From an uncultured Rhizobiaceae bacterium (GTDB lineage Bacteria > Pseudomonadota > Alphaproteobacteria > Rhizobiales > Aestuariivirgaceae): DNA of 64,000 nucleotides. How positions within the stretch are numbered: the stretch's first letter is position 1; the number at the start of each line of letters is the position of its first letter. The stretch covers positions 1,945 to 65,944 of the forward strand of contig CAZMSA010000001.1 in the NCBI GenBank assembly GCA_964568825.1. Reading direction: 5' to 3'. This document shows, piece by piece, positions 18,196 through 24,298 of this stretch. Position numbers and translations under genes: made by a program. The notes beneath the pieces were generated by a model. The model was not told where the DNA came from and did no database searches. It saw only the letters and a program-made list of their open reading frames with translations.

Positions 18196-19692
18196 TTACC
18201 TCGGTTTGATTTCATAGCGCAGGGTGGCGACCGACCAATCCGTGGCTGTCGTATTGTCGTTTGGATTGGCGTCGGCCACCGGGTTGCCGAGTGCGGCCGC
18301 GATCTGCGGCAGGAAGGTCGTTACGGCCTCCTGGCGCGGGATCACTTCGATGGCGCGCGTCCCCACCGCCCTTTGCCAGTCGACTTTGTGGCGTGCGACA
18401 ATGGCGATTATCTCGCCCGACGTGGCCGACGTCGCGTTGAAGCGCAAGCCGTAATAGTCGTCGGGGACCATGAGTTCTGCATTCGCTCTCACCTCGCCAT
18501 CGGCGTTCTTGCGGCGGCTGAACTGGTTGGGAAACAGCTGGGTCAGCTGCCCATCGTCGCTCAGGTCGAGCAGGACCAGATAGCCGTCATGCTTGGAGGC
18601 GATGTGGAAGCGGATATCCTTGTCGCCGACGTGCAGCGGACTTGGCGGCGTCTGGGTCAGCACCACGTCGGTCTTGTTGCCCTCGGTGAGATAATCCTTG
18701 ACCGTATCGAGCGACAGCTTGTGCGAGTCAACGGTCGTCTTGGCTTCGACATAGGCCTGATGTCCGAAGGCCGATGGCGGCTCCAGCCGTGGCGTCAGGC
18801 CCATCTGGCAGACATCGGCGCGGCTCGAGCAATAGGCCTTGGAGCCGTCGGTGAGATAGGCGAGCAACTCCGGGTTGGAGATCTGGCCGTTGTGGTTGGC
18901 ATCGGCCTTGCCGTCCCGCAACGCTTCCAGGTAAAGGCTCGTGAAGATGCCGCCGTAGCCGGGACGCAACGGGTCGAGCATGGCCGTCTGGCTGGCCGAG
19001 ACGGCCTCCCACACGGCAAGGTCGAGCCCGGCGGGAAAGTCATGCAGGAAGGCGCCTTCCTGCTTTTGCTGGGCCACCTTGGCCTCGACCACGATGGCCC
19101 GGCTGGCTGCCGCGACGGGCGGTGCGCGGAACAGCACGTTCTGCTGATCGTTGGTGGCGATGCGAGTGACCCGGCCGGAAAACCCGGCATCAAAGACCAG
19201 CGTCACGTGCCGGCCGGTCAGCTTCTTCAGGGCAACGCTGATCTCGTCGCCGAGCACCAGCCCGGAGATGGCGAGCTTGCCGCCGTCTTCCGACATCTTC
19301 GCATCGTAGGGCACCAGCCCTTCGGCCAGTCCATCGGCCTGCGTGCCCCTGGTATCGGGGGTGAAATAGCCGTTGCCGGCGAAATACAGATAGACCTTGT
19401 CACCCGGCTTGCTGCCGGCGACCAGCCAGCTTGCCAGTCCGTCGCGGATGGCTGCACCCGTTGCCGCCTCGTTCGTCAGTACACGGATATCGCTGGCGGC
19501 AAAGCCGAGCTTGCCCCGCAGCAGCGACCGGATCGCCGCCACATCGTTGACGGCAGGGGTTCCCTGTTTCACGTTGAGGCGGGCATCCGCATAGCTGTCG
19601 ATACCGATCAGCAACGCCCGATCGCTTGCAAGCGCACCGCTTGCGGCACCAGCCATGGCAACGAGCACAACAGCGGTGGCCAGGCGGTGCAT
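18196..19692 (-). CDS. exported caspase-like (Peptidase_C14) pseudo-protease with an EF-hand loop and a DUF4384-like C-terminus
   Basis: The fold entry reads RALLIGIDSYAD. The catalytic His position reads FAGNGY (Asn, codon 19372-19374) and the Cys position reads FDAGFSG (Gly, codon 19183-19185). The EF-hand loop is DANHNGQISNPE and the C-terminus reads DGYLVLLDLSDDGQLTQLFPNQF. Confidence 0.8.
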   Translation of the reverse strand: MHRLATAVVLVAMAGAASGALASDRALLIGIDSYADARLNVKQGTPAVNDVAAIRSLLRGKLGFAASDIRVLTNEAATGAAIRDGLASWLVAGSKPGDKVYLYFAGNGYFTPDTRGTQADGLAEGLVPYDAKMSEDGGKLAISGLVLGDEISVALKKLTGRHVTLVFDAGFSGRVTRIATNDQQNVLFRAPPVAAASRAIVVEAKVAQQKQEGAFLHDFPAGLDLAVWEAVSASQTAMLDPLRPGYGGIFTSLYLEALRDGKADANHNGQISNPELLAYLTDGSKAYCSSRADVCQMGLTPRLEPPSAFGHQAYVEAKTTVDSHKLSLDTVKDYLTEGNKTDVVLTQTPPSPLHVGDKDIRFHIASKHDGYLVLLDLSDDGQLTQLFPNQFSRRKNADGEVRANAELMVPDDYYGLRFNATSATSGEIIAIVARHKVDWQRAVGTRAIEVIPRQEAVTTFLPQIAAALGNPVADANPNDNTTATDWSVATLRYEIKPR

Positions 19693-19696
19693 CGGC

Positions 19697-21304
19697 TCAT
19701 CCTCCCGTGCCGGTGTAGATGGAAGCCACGCCGAACTGGAACGGCTGCGAGCCTAGCGCCGCTTCGACGACGCCGCGCAGGCCCACCGCGCGATCCGCAC
19801 TCGACATCTGCTTGAGCGCCGCCTGAAAAGCCGGCAACGGCTTGTCGGTGAAGATCGCCACCAGGTGCTCTGCCCCGAAAGGCGGTTTTTCCGGTGTGAA
19901 CTTCCACTCCGTCGTCTTTTTTCTCCAGTCGACGTTCACTTCATCAGGCTCCACAAAAAACTCCACGCGTCCATTGGGCGCCAGGTTGAACAACGTCATG
20001 TAGGGACGTTCGGCACCCTTGAACAACACGTCGATCTCCTCACCCGGCTTGTAGCGCTGGTTACCTGAACGCAGAATGAACTCGCCCGGTGCGCCGGTTG
20101 CGTGATTGCCCAGCCACTTGAGCGTCGCCCACTTGGCGACGATCGGGATCATGGCATTGGCATCGACATGCTCGGCCACCACCCCGCCGACCACTTGTTC
20201 GACGCTGCCGGTCTTCACGTTCCAGATCAGGTCGGCCTTTCCGGATTGATCAGTGAGCGTCACATCCGGCAACGCCGCCAGCGAAGCGCCGTCGCCGCCG
20301 ATCACCTTGATGGCCAAGGCGTCAGCATTCTTGGGCACCACCTTGGGCCCGGTGGGTTCCGGCGCCGAGGCGATCAGCGCTTCGCCCCGCGTCCTGATCG
20401 GCAGCACCTGCGGGTTCTGCTGGCCCTGCACCAGTTGGAATATTTTCGGCACCAGGTAGCTCACCAGTTCTTCCTGGGTAATCTCGCCATCGTGATTGCG
20501 GTCGGCGCCGCCTTCGATGGCGCGCGCGAACGAATAGCTGAGCGCCCCGCGCATCTGGTTGCCGATCTTCACCTCGGGGATCGTGTGAGCATCATCAGTC
20601 GCCCCCACGAAGGTCAGGTGCTTGAAGTCGGCTGGCGTCGCATTGGCCACCGTCGGTGGCGGCAGCTTGAGCTGATCGTCGGTGATCTTGGGTATGGTCA
20701 AGAAGCGATAGTGGACGCCGTTGTCGGCACCGATTGAGCGATACATGTGCCCAGAGTGGCACGAATCGGCAATGAAGATGGTTTTTATTCCCTTGTCGTC
20801 CGCCAGCTTCAGCCAGGCATTCATTTCGTAGCCGACAACGCGCTCCTTGCTCTGTTCGCCATGCGGAGCGAAACCGCCGAGGATGAAGTCCTCGTTGTAT
20901 TTTTCGCCGTTGGCGTCGGGGCCGCCGGGCTTGGGCTCGCGGCTGCCGTGACCGGCATAGGAAAACACCAGCGTATCGCCGGGGTGCGAACGAGCGACCA
21001 GCTTGGCCCAGTCCTCGCCGATTTGCGCCTTGTTGGCATCGCCATTGACCAGCAAGGTGATGTCCTTGCCGCCAGCCTTGCCGAGCGCCTGGGCAATGTC
21101 GCGGGCATCGTTGACGGCGCCGTTGAGCTGATTTTGCGGGCCCAGGTTAACGTATTTGTCGATGCCGATGACCAGTCCCCTGATGGCCGCTGCTGCGGGA
21201 TGGCCTCCCGGCAAGGCCAGCGCCAGGCCCATGGCTGCCACAAGCAAGGCCCCTCCCCACGCCCTCCCGGCCATCGACCGAATTAGAGACATGATCGCGC
21301 GCAT
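19697..21304 (-). CDS. exported caspase-like protease (Peptidase_C14, orthocaspase type) with an EF-hand loop and a DUF4384-like C-terminus
   Basis: ATG 21304 follows the SD GGGAGG, and there is a signal peptide GGALLVAAMGLALALPG. The catalytic His is in SYAGHGS (20948-20950) and the catalytic Cys in ADSCHSG (20759-20761). The EF-hand loop is DRNHDGEITQEE (20468-20503) and the C-terminus reads PYMTLFNLAPNGRVEFF. Confidence 0.85.
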   Translation of the reverse strand: MRAIMSLIRSMAGRAWGGALLVAAMGLALALPGGHPAAAAIRGLVIGIDKYVNLGPQNQLNGAVNDARDIAQALGKAGGKDITLLVNGDANKAQIGEDWAKLVARSHPGDTLVFSYAGHGSREPKPGGPDANGEKYNEDFILGGFAPHGEQSKERVVGYEMNAWLKLADDKGIKTIFIADSCHSGHMYRSIGADNGVHYRFLTIPKITDDQLKLPPPTVANATPADFKHLTFVGATDDAHTIPEVKIGNQMRGALSYSFARAIEGGADRNHDGEITQEELVSYLVPKIFQLVQGQQNPQVLPIRTRGEALIASAPEPTGPKVVPKNADALAIKVIGGDGASLAALPDVTLTDQSGKADLIWNVKTGSVEQVVGGVVAEHVDANAMIPIVAKWATLKWLGNHATGAPGEFILRSGNQRYKPGEEIDVLFKGAERPYMTLFNLAPNGRVEFFVEPDEVNVDWRKKTTEWKFTPEKPPFGAEHLVAIFTDKPLPAFQAALKQMSSADRAVGLRGVVEAALGSQPFQFGVASIYTGTGG

Positions 21305-21309
21305 CGGAA

Positions 21310-21356
21310 CCTCCCTGGTCAGCGCCGTGCATTGGCGCACCCTCACGCCAGGGAGG
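21310..21356 (-). promoter_or_regulatory. 5' leader hairpin sequestering the caspase gene Shine-Dalgarno sequence
   Basis: The minus-strand RNA reads CCUCCCUGG-CGUGAGGGU-GCGCC-AAUGCAC-GGCGC-UGA-CCAGGGAGG-UUCCG-AUG. A 9-bp outer stem pairs an anti-SD with the SD, and there is a 5-bp inner stem. Confidence 0.55.
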
Positions 21357-21364
21357 AAGTCTAT

Positions 21365-21393
21365 GCAATGAAGGCGGCTCGCGCAATGAAGGC
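21365..21393 (-). promoter_or_regulatory. 11-nt direct repeat (GCAATGAAGGC x2, 18-nt register) upstream of the caspase leader
   Basis: Exact copies lie at 21365-21375 and 21383-21393, immediately 5' of the leader hairpin on the transcribed strand. Confidence 0.4.
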
Positions 21394-21491
21394 CCGACGC
21401 TAGGCAGGCGCTCCCTGCCAGGGTCAAAACGTCAGTTGTTATAAAGGCTTGCCGCAGCAACCTGAATCGGAAACTGAAACCCGGATGCGGC

Positions 21492-21779
21492 CTACATTAT
21501 CCTCAGCGGTCGCGAGAAGAAATCCGGTTGCGCCCTGGACTTGGTGCGCTGTTCCATCGACAGCTTGGCCAGCACGCGCCTGAGGCGGCTGTTCTCGCTC
21601 TGCAGATGCTGCAGGATATCGAGCGGTACCGCGACATTGCCGTCATGCTCCTTGAGCCAGGTCGTGAACACCACCCGGTTGACACCGGTACGTTGTAACG
21701 CCTCCTCCACCGTGTGGCCCCTGGCGATGAGCCGGTTGGTTTCGGTCAGTCTGGCAATAAGATCATTGTTGTCCGACAT
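21492..21779 (-). CDS. orphan IS3-family OrfA-like HTH/leucine-zipper protein (no OrfB, no terminal repeats)
   Basis: The HTH-like region reads LIARGHTVEEALQRTGVNRVVFTTWLKEH. It is followed by the heptad-like LQHLQSENSRLRRVLAKLSMEQ, typical of IS3/IS911 OrfA. Only 187 bp separate it from the next gene. Confidence 0.55.
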   Translation of the reverse strand: MSDNNDLIARLTETNRLIARGHTVEEALQRTGVNRVVFTTWLKEHDGNVAVPLDILQHLQSENSRLRRVLAKLSMEQRTKSRAQPDFFSRPLRIM

Positions 21780-21850
21780 GGCAGACCTCATTTGGCTGTT
21801 CGGCGACGCAAATCCCGCTGCCGCCGATGGCGCGGGCAGTCAAGTTGCAG

Positions 21851-22105
21851 TCATTGGCATTGGGCCCGAACCGCATCGAGGCTGGACACCACATCGGTGC
21901 CCATGTAGCGGGCGGCCGACGGGTTGAGACCATCCAGGCGATGACACAATTCGGCATAGCGCGCGTGTCCCGAATAGCTGACGAAGGCCAGCACATTGCA
22001 GGCAACGAACAAGCCGATGGCGATTCTCCCGAGATTGCGCGCGGTTTCCTCGCGCTCTTCGGCCATGCGCTTCCAGGTAAATTGCAGGTTGCTTGCCGTG
22101 TTCAT
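21851..22105 (-). CDS. small hypothetical single-pass membrane protein
   Basis: This 84-aa ORF starts at ATG 22105 and has one hydrophobic helix, IAIGLFVACNVLAFV. I recognise no family. Confidence 0.35.
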   Translation of the reverse strand: MNTASNLQFTWKRMAEEREETARNLGRIAIGLFVACNVLAFVSYSGHARYAELCHRLDGLNPSAARYMGTDVVSSLDAVRAQCQ

Positions 22106-22338
22106 GTTTTTGTCTCCCCAAAAAACAATCAGTGGGTAACCTTGCTCGGTCATCTCTTGTTTAGCATGATGCTTGGCTCAACACTCTCTTAACCAGAAAT
22201 CGCGGTTGAGGAGCGGTTAACCTCGACGACAGGATTTAGGCAAAATTCGTCGAAAAATTTGCCGCCAATCAGCAGTGTCGCCAGGTGCTTCAGCAACCGC
22301 GCAAGCTGTTCACCTCGAAAACTGCCCGTTTTTTGCCG

Positions 22339-22352
22339 TTGACGCAGATCAA
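22339..22352 (+). promoter_or_regulatory. FNR/FixK-type box TTGACGCAGATCAA upstream of the three-membrane-protein operon
   Basis: It matches TTGA-N6-TCAA, is centred about 85 nt upstream of ATG 22431 and lies in a 277-bp comparatively AT-rich intergenic region. Confidence 0.5.
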
Positions 22353-22430
22353 GGCGCCGCGAGTGCAAATCAATATTGATCGAGATTACCCGGTCACTGG
22401 CGTGATCCGGTCTGCAAGGAGGTAGCAGTC

Positions 22431-22940
22431 ATGAACGTGAAATCTGTTCGAAGCCCCGCTCCGGTTCTCACCGGCAATGCGTGGAGCGCCGGCATAGTGG
22501 CCGGGCTCGCCGGCGGGGCCATCGAGGTGGCATGGATCGCCCTTTACCAGCAGATTGCCGGGGCCGATGGCGCAGCCGTAGCGCGCGGCGTCACCCAGTC
22601 CGTATTGCCCGGCATGGTCTCGGCGCCGGCTGCCGTGCCGCTGGGGCTCGCCATCCACATGGGCCTGGCGATAGCCCTCGGCATTGTCATCGCCGTGGCC
22701 CTGCCCCGCCTGTTGCCGCGTCTTGTCGGCACGATAATGGAGCCGGCAGCCGTGGTCGCCACGCTCATCGGCGTCTGGGCGGTCAATTTCTTCGTGGTTC
22801 TGCCCGCCATCAACCCCGCCTTCGTGACGCTGGTCCCTTTGAGCGCCAGTCTCACCTCAAAGGTGCTCTTCGGGTTCGCGGCGGCATTCGTATTGCGCGC
22901 GGCTCGCCGGCATCGTGCCACCAGTTCGCATGAACTTTGA
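22431..22940 (+). CDS. hypothetical integral membrane protein (about 4 TM), operon gene 1
   Basis: A strong SD, AAGGAGG, lies 8 nt upstream. Four hydrophobic helices are visible. I recognise no family. Confidence 0.6.
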   Translation: MNVKSVRSPAPVLTGNAWSAGIVAGLAGGAIEVAWIALYQQIAGADGAAVARGVTQSVLPGMVSAPAAVPLGLAIHMGLAIALGIVIAVALPRLLPRLVGTIMEPAAVVATLIGVWAVNFFVVLPAINPAFVTLVPLSASLTSKVLFGFAAAFVLRAARRHRATSSHEL

Positions 22941-22951
22941 GGAGGCAACCC

Positions 22952-23419
22952 ATGTCCAAGGAATTGATTTTGATGATGCATCCCACCTTCGGTGTGCTCG
23001 CTTTGATTGCTGCAGTATGGACGTTCGTGGCAACGCTCAATGCCAGTGACGCCAATGTCGGGCGCATCCGCACTGCCGGCGTGCTGACGGCGGTGCTGGT
23101 GTGGCTTGCCTACATCATCGGCGGTTATTTCTATGTGCTCTACTACGGGGCCGACAAGGCCATCATCCTTCAGGGCCCGTGGAAATATTCACACTCGTTC
23201 TTCATGGAGACCAAGGAACACGCGTTCTTCATGCTGCTGATGCTGGCCACCTTTCTGGCGATTGCGGTGCAAGCCAATATCGCCCGGCTCGCCGCGGCGC
23301 GCAGGCTGGTGCTCTACACCTCCGGCCTGGTGGTTCTGATGATATTCGCCATGGAAGGTGCCGGCGCCATGATCAGCATGGGCGTCAAGGTCGCCCTGTT
23401 GGCCAAGCAGGCATCTTAA
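22952..23419 (+). CDS. hypothetical integral membrane protein (about 4 TM, conserved-looking His residues), operon gene 2
   Basis: The SD GAGGAGG overlaps the stop codon of gene 1. Helix-flanking His residues occur in MMHPTFG, YSHSFF and TKEHAFF. Confidence 0.6.
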   Translation: MSKELILMMHPTFGVLALIAAVWTFVATLNASDANVGRIRTAGVLTAVLVWLAYIIGGYFYVLYYGADKAIILQGPWKYSHSFFMETKEHAFFMLLMLATFLAIAVQANIARLAAARRLVLYTSGLVVLMIFAMEGAGAMISMGVKVALLAKQAS

Positions 23420-23432
23420 GGAGATCACCACA

Positions 23433-23762
23433 ATGTCTACCACTAATGCAGTCAACGGTGGCGAAAACGCCGGCACAACCGCAACGGCTTTCGGCATTTC
23501 CTATGCCATCACTGCCCTGTTCAACGTCCTGTTGGTGATCGTGAAGGAGAACATTCCCGGCTTTCAGGACGGGATGGTCGCTATCACCGGGCACCATTGG
23601 GTGACACACGGCCTGACCGACATAGTCGTCTTCGTGGTGCTGGGTATCATTCTTTCCCGCACCAGCGTGGCGAAGATGCCGGTGAGTTCGCTGATCAACT
23701 ACATCGTCGCCTCGACCGTGGTCAGCGGGCTCCTTCTCGTCGGTTACTTCACCGTCGCCTGA
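23433..23762 (+). CDS. hypothetical integral membrane protein (about 3 TM), operon gene 3
   Basis: It has the SD AAGGAGA, a GHHWVTHG motif between helices and hydrophobic helices. Confidence 0.6.
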   Translation: MSTTNAVNGGENAGTTATAFGISYAITALFNVLLVIVKENIPGFQDGMVAITGHHWVTHGLTDIVVFVVLGIILSRTSVAKMPVSSLINYIVASTVVSGLLLVGYFTVA

Positions 23763-23792
23763 TCGACACCCGGCACTCCTGCAAGAAACGTG

Positions 23793-23824
23793 GCGCGGCA
23801 TTTTATGCCGCGCCGCTTTTTTCA
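23793..23824 (+). terminator. rho-independent terminator after the membrane-protein operon (possibly bidirectional)
   Basis: The stem GGCGCGGCAT-TTT-ATGCCGCGCC is followed by GCTTTTTTC. Confidence 0.8.
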
Positions 23825-23833
23825 TGCCCGGTG

Positions 23834-24220
23834 CTACTTGCGATATTTCGCGGCCAGAGTGTCGACGAAGGCCATCAGGTCATCGAGGTCCTTCAGCGTC
23901 AGCTCGAACGGCACGATCACCGGCACGGTCTGCTGCACCTGCGGCAGTTCGCGAATGCGCGTGAAATTGGGATGCGGCCGGCGGTCGTAGAAATTGACGA
24001 AGCGCTTGCGCCAATCCTTGATGTCGAGGCTCACCATGGCCTTGAACGATGGCGACATGCCGATGCCCATGTTGTCCTCGCCTGGCAGCACGTGACAGCG
24101 CGCGCAATCGGTTTGCGCCAATTTCCGCCCGTGACCGGCATCGCCGGCAGCAAGCGCTGGCCCGCCCGCCACGACGAGGATGCCGGCAGTCATCACAGCT
24201 CGTCGAACCCCGATGGTCAT
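23834..24220 (-). CDS. small exported c-type cytochrome-like protein
   Basis: It has a signal peptide MTAGILVVAGGPALAAG and a single CARCH haem-binding motif. Confidence 0.65.
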   Translation of the reverse strand: MTIGVRRAVMTAGILVVAGGPALAAGDAGHGRKLAQTDCARCHVLPGEDNMGIGMSPSFKAMVSLDIKDWRKRFVNFYDRRPHPNFTRIRELPQVQQTVPVIVPFELTLKDLDDLMAFVDTLAAKYRK

Positions 24221-24273
24221 CGGGCAAAATTAGACCATAATCCCCCCGGTTTGGAAGTCGCTGCGCCCCTTTG

Positions 24274-24298
24274 CGCGTCAGCGCGTCAGCTCGTCAGC
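24274..24298. repeat. tandem octamer GCGTCAGC GCGTCAGC TCGTCAGC
   Basis: Read directly. It abuts the stop codon of the TMADH-like gene, in the 77-nt spacer before the cytochrome gene. Confidence 0.7.

Noticed and set aside
14877-21304. A gasdermin-type or CBASS/CRISPR-linked cytoplasmic caspase defence module
   Set aside because: No gasdermin-like, cyclase, CARF/SAVED or TPR-CHAT gene is adjacent. All four proteins carry signal peptides, which points to an envelope function.
21305-22153. A complete IS3-family insertion sequence
   Set aside because: Only an OrfA-like gene is present. There is no OrfB/DDE transposase, no A-rich slippery frameshift site and no terminal inverted repeats that I could find.
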